Of a stretch of DNA of 64,000 bases, positions 52,901 to 64,000 are shown one piece after another. A program made the translations under genes and the position numbers. The first letter of the stretch is position 1, and every line of letters begins with the position of its first letter. The notes under the pieces were generated by a model. That model was not told where the DNA came from and did not search any database. It saw only the letters and a program-made list of their open reading frames with translations. This DNA comes from Paramecium tetraurelia (taxonomy: Eukaryota), in assembly GCA_000165425.1 (NCBI GenBank), contig CT868022.1, positions 124,001-188,000 of the forward strand. The letters run 5' to 3'.

Positions 52901-54826
52901 TTTGTTGTATAGAGTTGAATTGCCTTTATTAATAAATTTAAAAACATATCTATCATGTTCTTGACTAATAAATTTGGGCATATATAAATTAATAAGTTGC
53001 AGATCTTCCTTGTTATTTTTATCTTCATATCCAAAGAATCTGCTAATCTCTTCAATATTCGCTCTGACGATTTGTCCAGTTTTTTCTAGGATACTAGAAC
53101 TAATAACGATTAGATCATTGTTCATAATATTTATGTTCAAAATAGAGGAATTTGATGAATTATTTTCTTGTTTTATCAGGTCTTCGATATATAATTCAAC
53201 AATTTTAGTTTACTGGTAATCATTTGCAACAAAAGAAAAGTATAGAGATAAGAAGCGTAACTCTACGACATTAAATTTTTTTAATGTTTAGACTTTGAGA
53301 ATTGATTCAAAGTCAACACATTAAATCATTGACATTATTTTGATCTTTAATTTATTCAGAGTCTTATACATATTTACCAAATGGTTTGCAATGTGTTCTA
53401 TTTTATCATATCCTCTTTATAATTAATTCCATATTATTATTTTCTAATCCAGTAATTCCAAGAATATATTTAGACTATTATGAAATAAATTGTCTGCTTC
53501 TTTAATTTTAATAATTTAATAATGATATTGTTAACTGCTTTTGCTTTCTCCTGAATATAAATCTTAAATCTGTTGATCGTACTTCTTACTAATTAAGAAT
53601 CCTATTGTTTTAAAGAATAAGGAGTGATTTTTGTTTGTGATTTAGTACCTTTTGGTCTCCAAAAGACTCTATAAGTAGGTTCCCTATATCTCATGTTTGA
53701 GAAGAATTCTATATAATTAAATTTCTTCGTATTAATCACTTTTTTCCAAATTCTTTATATAATACTCCAGCAATTCAAGAATGCTCTGAGTATTCAATCC
53801 CTCTACATTTATATACTATTTTATCAAATAATCTCCCACTCCTTTTTAAACAGAATTCGTAATGTTGTGATTAATAATCTCACCCAAATTTAATATTAGA
53901 GAGATCGAAAGTCTTTGCTGCTTTGCATCAGCAGATTGAATCTAGTATATTTGCATGAATATATGGGAAAAGAGAGGAACTAATAGTGTGATTCCATAAA
54001 ATTGAGCATATAGAGATTCGTCCCAAAGTATTATCCTGATTGTTACTGATACAACCAAAACTCCTGTTGCACCTATGTAGATTAGCTTTAATATTAACAA
54101 TAAGTACATTTATTTTAATGCAATATGGCTACATAATAATTGCATCAATAAAATATACAACACTTAATAACAGTAATAAATATTTGGACCAGTAATCAGA
54201 ACTGAGGGAATGTGTAATGAAATATAAAAAGTCGATAACGACTATAAAATAATTATACACAGAGTATCTTCTTAGCATATGCTGCTATGATATAATAAAG
54301 TAATTGCGAGAGCAATATACTATAATCAAGTAGTTTATGTAAAGTGGAATACCCAACAAAAAAATTACTAGTATATCATACTATTGCTTTAAGTGATGTA
54401 TTTCAGTGTGATATATGATAATCAGCTGATAATATGATATATAGAAAGTAAATATTTTTGAAACAATTTACCAATTGTAGAGTGAAAAGCTGAAAACTAC
54501 AAACATGGCCAAATGCAAAAAAGTGTAAAAAATACTCATCAGATTATTTATTATTTCCATGTTGATCATTTCTAATGGCTTTTAAAATGTAATCCAGGAA
54601 AAAAGGGACCCACAGATATTTAAATATACTTCCTAAACAATATTGTTATTCATACATCTGAATGCTCTATGTGGGAATTTTAAGGCCAAAACAAGAGATA
54701 TAATTTTTGCATCAAAAATATAACCACTATCATAACATTTATGGAAGGTTTTGCATCATGAAAGTATAAATGATCTAATAACTCTGCCAGTCTCAAATGA
54801 AATATTTCTTTAATGTATTGTTGCAT
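49965..54826 (-). CDS. Large multi-pass membrane protein with central PAS-like domain (TmcB/TmcC-like), ~1,600 aa
   Basis: N-terminal TM bundle, helical region, PAS-like GQIVRAN..RFFGY..INLYMPKFISQEHDRYV..VFCKDYEGFIFP, YILFDQYGKILGVS, further TM pairs, C-terminal FILMPLE; at least three tiny introns. Confidence 0.8.
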
Positions 54827-56834
54827 ATGCTCAAATATAATTTATATAATAAAGATTTATGTTTTCTTGTTAAAAAGTTAAAAATTCATTTTGATTACAG
54901 GTGAAATTATATTATTCATAATATAATTCTCCCATTAAACTAAGGATTTCAATATAAAATGATGACACTACCATTTTTTAGGAGCTCGCATAAATATTGT
55001 TCATATTTTAAACAAATAATTTACGAATTACTTTTTAATATTGTATTAGTACTATTTTTAGATTTCATAGAATATTTACTCCTATTGTTGATAAGGATTG
55101 AGGAAAACAGTATCATTCAAAATATATAATATAATGTTGATATATTCATCATCTTATGCTACCCTTACTTAACCACAAGACTATTAAAAATTTCAAAGCA
55201 GCCTAAATAGGCAGAGATCAATATTAGTTGTAAAAGTTATTTACTCGTAAACTAAGCATTGATGATTGATTCCCTTTCAAATTGAAGTTATTAATGAAAT
55301 TCAAAATTATTCGTATTTATAAGCTTTATATTTTAATAATTCAAATTATTTATTTTAAGTTAAAATTTACTTTAATTAGAAATTTTCAAAAAAAAAAAGC
55401 TTCAAAATTTTTAACTCAAGAAACAATGTCTTGATTGCAAAAAATATCACTTCAAAATCGAAATGCCCTTAAAGTCCAAACCAAGTTTCATAAAATCTGT
55501 GATTCCATGAACTTTCCATACATTTTTGATATCGAAAAAAAATTATACTTTTGAAGAAAAATTATTATATCATTTGAGCCCTACAATAAGAGGATGAATG
55601 GTTAAATTAAAATCTTATTAAATTAAAATATTTATCTAAGGTATAATTTGATTTCAAAATGATTTGTTTTCAGCAACTTAGTTATTATGAGTAAATTAGG
55701 TCTTCCATTTTAAAGTTTCCAGTTGATGTATTTGATGATCACTTTTGGTTGTGGCTCATCAAATAGTAATGCAAGTTATTTTATACGAACTATTTTTTTT
55801 TACTTATGCATATAATATGGATTTTTATTTGCAAAGCTTTTTATTATTAAATGGCAGCAATATTAAATATTTACAAGAATTATTATTTTATTTTGCATGA
55901 AATCCTTATTATTAAAATATTTAAATACTTTTGTTTTATTAGAGCTAATTTAAAATTGGAGATAAACAACCAACATCTTAATCTAGCAGATAATTTCTGT
56001 TGAATTTTTCTATTCCTATTAATCTAAAATTTTATGTTTTTTATTAATTCTCAATTTTTTTTGCTATGATTGAATTGTTCAACATAAAAAATACAATAAA
56101 ACTCCTGCCTTTTATCTAAAGAAACTGGGTGCTAAACATTGAGCTCCCTTCTAAATATCAATTTATGGGAATGAGAAATCACTTACCTCTTAAAATTTCT
56201 AAAAGTCCAAGGTTTCAAAATAATTCATGATTATGATGGAAATTTAAAATTGAAAGATTTAACTTAGATATCGAGTTAACTTCGGATTTTGAAGAAAGAT
56301 TTTTATCAATCACCTTTATTTGAGTTGGATCAGATGGTTTATTATGAATCAGAAAATCGCTCAAAAAAATTAATTGATGGTTTATGAAAAAATATTCCAT
56401 TAATTTACATCAGAAGGGACTGATAAGCCTACAGATCTTCTAGTTTAGAGACTCCCTCTACATATTAATTGAAAAATAATAATTATATTATAAATGATGA
56501 TGTAAGATTCATATTTATAATAATTATCTAAATAAAATACTTCAATATATTGTAAAAAGTATTAATTTTAATCAATAAATTAGTATATTATGTTATTCAT
56601 TTATTCAAACCAAAATATAAAAACAAAACAAATATGAATCATAGGTAGAGAGTATTAAGAATGCACTATTATTTTCCTGCTATAAATCTAATTGAATAGT
56701 TAGTCAATTATAAATTTTATTTATTTTTGATAATTTTTTAATTCCTTTTTTTTGAGTAGATAAAGAAAATAACAAGCATAAAAATATTAAATGTGTGAAT
56801 TTAAAAATAAAGATTTTTTTTAATTAAATTTGAG

Positions 56835-57475
56835 ATGTCTTAACAATAAGCAAAAGGTGGAAAGGGATAATAAGCAAAGTCAGAAGCAAAGCCAGAAGCA
56901 AAGACTTAAGCTCCAGCTAAAGTTGTCAAACCATAAGAAACTAAAGAAAATGTGATGAGAAAGATTAGAATTGAAAAATTGATGGTTCATATTTGTGCTG
57001 GTGAGTCCGGTGATAAATTGACTAAAGCTGCTAAGGTTTTAGAGGATTTAACAGGATAAAAGCCTGTATTCGGTAAGGCTCGATACACAGTCAGATCTTT
57101 CGGTATCAGAAGAAACGAAAAGATCTCTGTATTTTGCACAATTAGAGGTGACTAAGCAAAAGACATCTTATTTAGAGGATTAAGAGTTAAGGAAATGGAA
57201 TTAAAAAAGAGAAATTTCTCTGAATCAGGAAACTTTGGTTTCGGTATTCAAGAACATATTGATTTGGGATTGAAATATGACCCATACACAGGTATTAATG
57301 ATATAAAAAATGCGTAGGTATTTTCGGTATGGACTTCTATGTTGTCTTGTCCAGACCAGGTTTGAGAGTTGCTCAAAGAAAGTCAAGAAATGCCAGACTC
57401 GGAACTGCTTAAAGAGTTAGCAAAAAGGAAGCCATGGAATGGTTCAAATAAACATTTGAAGGCAATGTCTATTGA
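56835..57475 (+). CDS. RPL11: 60S ribosomal protein L11 (uL5) with N-terminal extension
   Basis: [74 protein letters not shown]; one 26-nt intron. Confidence 0.97.
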
Positions 57476-57599
57476 TACATTAAAATAATACATTAAAAAA
57501 TAAATAAATTCCATATATATATTTTTATTTTCTTAAATCATTGAAATTTCAAAATTCTTCAATCCAGAGTTAACAGTTCAAATATTGTGCAGGTTCAAT

Positions 57600-58926
57600 G
57601 GAGCATTAATTTAAAATACAATAAAGTAATATTATTCATTGATGAGCTCTGAGTTGATGGACTTTTAAGTAATTTAACCGATCTCAATGTTATCAAGTAG
57701 TATAAATTAAATGGTTAATAAAAATTCCATTAATTTTATATTGCTATTTGGCTTTTTGATTTAAGTATAATAAATGTCTTTTTTCTCAAAATTCACAAAA
57801 AAATTATAACCACAAGGTTTGGGTTTAAGGGAGCAATTCATGTAAATTTTAGATAATGTGCTTAAACCAAATATTAAATGTAACTTAAAAGAATGCGCCG
57901 ATATTCTTGCCCAGTATTTGATAAAAAGTGAATGTAAATTATATTATGATATACAAGAGCATATATCCACTTTATTTGAATTCTTAGCTACCATTACATT
58001 TGATTTTCAACCAATGCAAGTTATTCAATTATTAGCAATACTTCATTAATTATTATCGAAAGATGAATTAACTAAAAATATATCCATTAAAATAAGAACT
58101 GTGAAGATGCCTTGGCTATAAAACATAGGAACTTTAAATGGAATAATGGAATAGAGGGAAAAATGTTAGTAAAGTTCATCAATCATTCAATTGAATGAAA
58201 TACCATACCAAGAGCCAAGCTCTCAATTTTAGTACATATAACAGTGCTACTTTTATTTATAATTGCTTTCTTAAAACATAGATTTATATTATGCTATCTC
58301 ATTTAATAATTATCCATATAATGCTAGATATGAGATAGATCACAGATTGTAGTGCACTTGGATTTACAAGATTTAGAATATTATGAACTACGCAATTCAG
58401 TTACTAGCTTACAATCAAGAATATATTGAGATTTAGAAAGTTATTTATTTGGATATGCTAAAATTTCATTCCTTCATTTGTTAAGAGATAACTTTGGTCT
58501 TAGATTCATATGCTACTTTGGGAAGGTGTTACACTTTGAGTTTGTACGAGATATTTTGTGAAAGTAATAAGCATTACGAATAATTGAAGAGGTTTTGGAA
58601 AGAGATTGGATTATAATAGCCTGAGCAATGTTTGTTATCGAATAGTTTGTTATAAGAATTTTTGCTCTTTGTGTAGAAATTGAAATTACTGAATTAGATG
58701 GTGTATAAAAAGAAAATAACAGTTCCATCATCTAAAATTAAGAGTATAAATGTATTTTAATAAATTAATTAATGAAGAAGAAAATGAATACCAGAAAAGG
58801 AAGTCAGTGTCCGAACGAGGAAGAACTAGCCTCAGTTGAGGATAGTGAGACTCATGAGGAGGTTTTCATGTCAAATCAATCGAAGAGAGATTTGAGATTA
58901 GTTCCGTCTTTTGGTGTTTAATAGTG
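57600..58926 (+). pseudogene. Degraded gene relic of a helical protein (family not identified)
   Basis: Protein-like stretches (ECADILAQYLIKSECKL..VIQLLAILHQLLSKDEL; YELRNSVTSLQSRIY*DLESYLFG..VRDIL*KQQALRIIEEVLERDWIIIA*AMF) interrupted by several in-frame TGA and frame changes; boundaries approximate. Confidence 0.4.
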
Positions 58927-59112
58927 AATTAAAGTTTATAATATCTCATTAATTAATTTAAAAATAATAAAAGGGGATTAGTCAATGTCGTCTTTTTTTG
59001 ATTAGGAATAGACAAATCAAAATTTATATACAATATTAAAATGAAATTGCATTGAGTGAAAAAATTAATAATTACCGCAAATTCTTTCGCGCTTTTCTTG
59101 TTAATAAAATTA

Positions 59113-59923
59113 ATGGATTAAATCAACTGCTAAAACCCAAACCATGACTCACAGAGAATCAAATATATTTGTGTAGATCCAAACTGTTAAGCACAGCAAA
59201 AGATTGGTATTTAACTTAATTTGATAAGGTTGTGCTGATTGCTTTCTGGAAGATCATGTTACTCATTAGAGAAAGACTGTTGATCAATTTCATGATTAAG
59301 TGAAACAACAACTAGATACTTTTAATTAGATTGAATTTTAACCCATTACAAATGCTATTTAATAAGATTTGGAGAAACAAATTGATAAAGAATTAGAAAA
59401 TTGTCTTTCTTGTATTACCTATCGATTCACAAGCATATAAAGTGATCTGAAATCCTCATTGGATGGGGAGAATGAAAAACTATAAGAAAGTTATAATGCT
59501 TTGCAATTGAGCAAAAACTAAGAGGTAGATTCAATAAAGAATGTTAATGATTTACATTCAATTAGTCAAGAGGAAGTAAACGATTTAGTTAAGTTCTATC
59601 AAGAATCTTCGAAAATCTAACAGAATTATTCGAAAGCTTCTGAGATATTTTCTGATGAGAAATAAAAGGTAAAGTAAAAAAAATAGAAATACTTACAGAA
59701 ATTACATACAATCATGTAAGGACTGATGAGGGAATTCAATGAATTAATGACAACTAAGAACTTTTAATAGGAAGACTTCAGTGAATTTGAGACACCGCAG
59801 AAGTCAACAATGTCTCCAAATAAGATAATAAGTCTAGTAGAAAGTACAAGATAATCAAGGAGATTTTACATGAATTAAACAAAAAAATTATTGTTTGGAA
59901 ACGCTTCAAGGAAGAATGAATGA
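59113..59923 (+). CDS. B-box-like zinc finger plus coiled-coil protein
   Basis: C-x4-H-x8-C-x4-C-x7-C-x2-C-x4-H-x2-H at the N-terminus (across a 22-nt intron), then a helical Q/E/K-rich region; ends ..FGNASRKNE-TGA. Confidence 0.82.
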
Positions 59924-60116
59924 ATAATTTAGTTATAATTTAAAAGTTTATAAATTAATTTCTCATTCGATGATATAAATGAAATTAGATGAAGGAGTAA
60001 ATATTATTTTTACATAATTTTATATTTTTCTAAAATAAATTTATTTCATCTTTGTTAATAGATATCATATAGGCTATTAATTTTAAGAACTCAATAATAA
60101 TAAATATTCTGCATTA

Positions 60117-60935
60117 ATGGGTGTGGCTCTATACATAGAGGAGTCCCTAAAATCTTAATGTTTTTTGAGTTCTTTAAATATAATGGGATTAAAGTAAGTT
60201 GTTAAATCTCATATTGATTCCTAAATAAAGTAATCAGTTAAGTATGTTAGTAGATCTATACCTTTGATTAGTATAAAGTAATTATCTTATTAGCACAAAA
60301 ATAAGGTAATCAAACTGTATATGAATACAAAAGTTAGTTGTTAAAATTCATCTCCCTTCATTCCTAATATTTTAAAGCATTTTTAATAAACTTAAATTAA
60401 TCAATAAGGCAGTGATTTTAATTAAAAACATGTAAACAATGAAGTATAATCGCCTAGTCATAGTTAAGCATTAACGTCAATATCTGATATAGTAGTTCTA
60501 GATAATGCAAGATAATCGAATATGCTTACTAATTTCAAACACAAATAAGGGTTAGAATTATAATAGGAAGGATTCAAGTTAACAATTGTTGAAATATAAA
60601 AGTTGAAAATATTAAAAAATCAAAAAAATTTCATTAGGAAAACGAATAATTTCAACCTTTCATTGAATTCCAGGATATTTTCATACGAAAATGGAATTTA
60701 TACTAGGGCAAAATTGGAATGAATCAGAAGAATAACAGTTAATGCATATACTTAATATAGCAGAAGAATAGAAATGAATCTATCCTATGAATCCAGTTTT
60801 ACTTTAACTGAATAATATCATAATCTAATTGATTAGAATGGTTTGAGAAATGTAAATTCAAGATAGAATAATAAATGCTCCAAAGATAAAGGAATAAATA
60901 ATGTAATTAAAAAGGCATTTAATTTAATCTGTTGA
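60117..60935 (+). pseudogene. Probable degraded gene relic
   Basis: ATG at 60117 and protein-like segments (NEVQSPSHSQALTSISDIVVLDNAR..; ..NNVIKKAFNLIC-TGA) broken by internal TGA and frame changes; no family recognised. Confidence 0.3.
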
Positions 60936-61130
60936 AAATTACACATCTTTTTTTAATCATATAATTCTACTATTGCTATGTGTTATTTGGGCATTTTGTT
61001 TAAGCATAGCCCTAATAATTCTTTACATCTTGATTGTTCTCTAACGAGGCTATCATGGTAATTTATGCTGATTGAGTTTTTGATTTAATGAATTTTAGAG
61101 AACAATTTATATATATAATAATTAATAAAG

Positions 61131-63248
61131 ATGGGAGAAAAGAAAGTAGATCGATTTGTTTTCAAAATGAGTGACAAGATTGGATAAGGATCTTATGGAC
61201 AAGTATTTTACTTACATATGAAGGTCTTTAAAGGCTAAGATGAAAAAACTAAATAATTGGTAGCCATAAAGATGGTTTCGAAAGCACTCATTAATGAAGA
61301 TGAATATTTAAGGGATGGTTTGATGAATGAAATTAAAATAATGAGAGATTTATAGGGTAACAATGTAGTAAGGTTTATTGATGTGCTTGAAACAAACAAT
61401 AATTACTATATTGTCTAAGAATTTTGTGACGGTGGAGATTTGCAAAAGTAAAACTTAAACAAAGTTAGTCAATTGAAAAAGAAGAAGTTTTTGCCTCAGA
61501 AAGAAGCAATTCAGCTGTTCATTGATGTTCTTTTGGGCATGATTGAATTGGTCAAGAAGGGAATCATACACAGAGATTTGAAGCCAGCAAATATCCTCAT
61601 CAACAAGGGCATCTATAAAATAGCAGGTATTATGTTGTGAACACTCTTTTAGATTTTGGGTTTTCAAAAGCTATTGATAACTTTAGGAAGCAAATGATTG
61701 AATCTGTTGTGGGTACACCTCTTTATCAATCTCTTTAATTGTTGAAGGCAGAAAAATACACATCCAAGAGTGATATTTGGTCTTTGGGCTTTATCTTTTA
61801 TGAGACTCTGTTTGGCCAGAGTAATTGAGTTAAGTATTATTCTTTTAGCTCCGTGGATTGCCAGATCGATTCCTGAATTAGTGAAGAATATTACATCTGT
61901 GCCATTGAAATTCCCACAGGATAAAAATGTAGACCCATAGATCTTAGATATGATAAGAGGCTGTCTGTAATTGTAAGAAAAGGACAGATTAGGTTGGGAT
62001 CAATTATACAGACATGCTTGTTTTGGACAGAGTTTCTCTTTCTATACAAATCAAGCCAAATAGCTAGAGGACAAGGCAATGTTTTTGGTGTAAGATTTAA
62101 GATTTAAAGTTATGAAAGATAAGATCGATTTGGAAAAGGTGTTTATCAAATATGACAAATCAGGAGATAACTCACTAGATATGAAAGAGTAATGTGAGTG
62201 ATTTTATTAGATTAACTTTGTTATTGCATGAGATAGACCCGAAATTGGATAGAGAGGAGATCGAATACATCTTCAACAAAATAGATCTGGATAGCAGTAA
62301 CTCTATTGAGTTGAATGAATTCAAAAAATGGTTGGAGGAGAATCAAGTCTAAATGTCCATGAGAAACTAGTCTAAACCACACATCTAAAGAAAAGGAACT
62401 GTAGAGATGCCAAAGGTTTATCCTAATAATTCAGAACAAGTAATTCCAGATTTTGATAATACATAACATGTATAACATATAAGTCCTTAATAATAATAAT
62501 AGTAATAAATAGGAAGTCAATAATAATAGTAATATTAGAAATAATATACAAATTAATAATCATAATAATATCCATAATAATAATAATAATAGTAATAATA
62601 AGTAGGAACTCAATAATAATAATATTAGAAATAATATTCAAATTAATTATCATAATAATATCCATAATTACCATAGTAATAATAATAATAATATCCACCA
62701 TAATAATATTCACAATAATTTTAATATCCAAATTCTCCTGGATAATAAGGTACGGCTGGCTCTTAATAACAGTATCAAATGTAATCTCAACCCTTTCCTC
62801 AAATGAACAATTCATAACAATTCAATTAAGGCTTTTATCAACAACCTCCAGCCTATATACCTAATCAGTAACCTCAGCCACCCCAAAATTTAGCTTAAGA
62901 GAGAGCTATGTTGACTATCTAAAAATTGGTTATTGCAATTGAGAAATACAACATTAACATCTACGATCTATTTAGAAAGTATGATAAAACTGAATCACAG
63001 TCGTTGGATATGAAAGAGTTCGGAGTGATGCTCAGGTATCCCAATTAAAACTAATCTTTTACCATAGGAAAATCGATAGTCAATTGACTGATCAAGATAT
63101 TAATCAGGCCTTTTGGATTTTTGACGTTGACAGAAGCCAAGAAATCACTTTCAAAGAGTTCCAAGATGGAATCGTTTCGTACTTAAATCAATGGAAAGCC
63201 CAGGTTAATTAATAAAACAGTGTTGGTTACCAATATTAAAAATATTGA
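61131..63248 (+). CDS. ULK/Atg1-type Ser/Thr kinase with two EF-hand pairs separated by a polyQ/Tyr/Pro linker
   Basis: IGQGSYGQVFKG, VAIK, QEFCDGGDL, HRDLKPANIL, DFG, VGTPLYQSLQLL, KYTSKSDIWSLG; EF loops DKSGDNSLDMKE, DLDSSNSIELNE, DKTESQSLDMKE, DVDRSQEITFKE; six tiny introns. Confidence 0.9.
62488..62730 (+). repeat. Coding (TAA/TAG)n polyglutamine tract with an ~90-bp internal duplication
   Basis: Runs of taa/tag in frame; QQQQQQ(I/V)G(S/T)QQQQYQKQY(T/S)NQxSQQYPQ occurs twice (~62491-62577 and ~62581-62667). Confidence 0.9.
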
Positions 63249-63268
63249 ATTATTAAAAATAGTTTAGC

Positions 63269-64000
63269 ATGTTTAAATTATGTTATAGATTCACAAAAAC
63301 CCATTTACCAGTCTTTAAGCAATATCCCTTGCATCCTAAAATATTAGAAATCTTGGATACTAAAGGCCTACACACAGCCACACCAGTTCAAGATATGATG
63401 TTCTCATGTTAAGATAAAGTAAGATTATTAATTGGACCCACAGGAACAGGTAAGACTTATGCTTATCTCCTACCAATCTTGGGAAAATTGAAACAAGAGG
63501 AAGAGGAATAAAACAAAATATTGACTGAGTAGAATAAACCAAGAGCAATTGTGGTTGTATCAACCAAAGAATTGGCAGAATAAGTGGAAGACGTAAGTTA
63601 AGAGTTCACTAAAGCAATGAAGCTCAGCACAATAGCATTGGGTAAGGGCACTTTTAAGAGGGAATAAAGTTATTTGTAAGAAGGAGTCGATTTGGTTGTC
63701 ACTACATTGGAAAGACTGTAGAGACATAGAAGTGCCTAATCAATATATCTCTCAAGAGTATAACATTATGTGGTTGATGAGATCGACACACTATTGGATG
63801 CGTCTATGTAGGATGACTTAAAAAAATTGGCTACTTATTTCAAGGATAAAGATGCCATGACCACATATTGTGGAGCCACTTATAGTACGAAAGTTAAGAA
63901 TTTTATAGAGAGTTAATACAAGAAGGATATCGCTCTCTTAATTGAAAAGCAATCGCATATGCATCTTGAAAATCTGTCTCATGATTTTGTACACTGCACT
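63269..64000 (+). CDS. DEAD-box RNA helicase, probably mitochondrial (DDX28/Mrh4-like); truncated by window end
   Basis: Presequence-like MFKLCYRF; Q motif TPVQ; GPTGTGKT.AYLLP; STKELAEQ; VTTLERL; VVDEIDTLLD; CGAT. Confidence 0.85.

Noticed and set aside
57600..58760. V-ATPase subunit H identity for the relic
   Set aside because: Only a vague helical resemblance; the diagnostic C-terminal W-S-P-x-H..FW.EN motif was not found.
57600..60935. In-frame TGA as selenocysteine or Trp/Cys reassignment
   Set aside because: TGA terminates every intact gene, the affected frames also have frameshifts, and no SECIS was recognised.
62423..62815. 130-aa Ile-rich minus-strand ORF
   Set aside because: Antisense shadow of the (TAA)n polyQ tract.

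Overview
AT-rich, gene-dense ciliate macronuclear DNA, almost certainly Paramecium (aurelia-like). Genes only read through with translation table 6 (TAA/TAG = Gln, TGA the sole stop) and are split by 21-32 nt GT..AG introns, so the supplied ORF track is mostly fragments or antisense noise. About 26 protein genes were reconstructed by hand: two NIF/SCP-type CTD phosphatases, MROH1-like HEAT protein, CDPK, SAS-6-like protein, CFAP47, QCR6, a ZnF-RING E3, a highly divergent beta-like tubulin, an AGC kinase, a MORN protein, a p24 cargo receptor, ethanolamine-phosphate cytidylyltransferase, a hybrid histidine kinase, RPS24, RPL11, a secreted acidic repeat protein with a perfect (His-Glu)28 tract and C-terminal beta/gamma-crystallin domain, a CNBD K+ channel with a CCHC knuckle, a TmcB-like PAS membrane protein, a B-box-like coiled-coil protein, a ULK-type kinase with EF-hand pairs split by a polyQ linker, a partial DEAD-box helicase and several hypotheticals. 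Also present: a tRNA-Pro(CGG)-like gene with a broken anticodon stem, two clear unprocessed pseudogenes (ABHD11-like, RPL9) and fainter gene relics. Several genes carry small lesions (three +1 shifts in CFAP47, three compensating insertions in RPS24, a GT..TG intron in the MORN gene) that may be assembly errors or early decay. Family calls come from motif recognition by eye; no database search was run.
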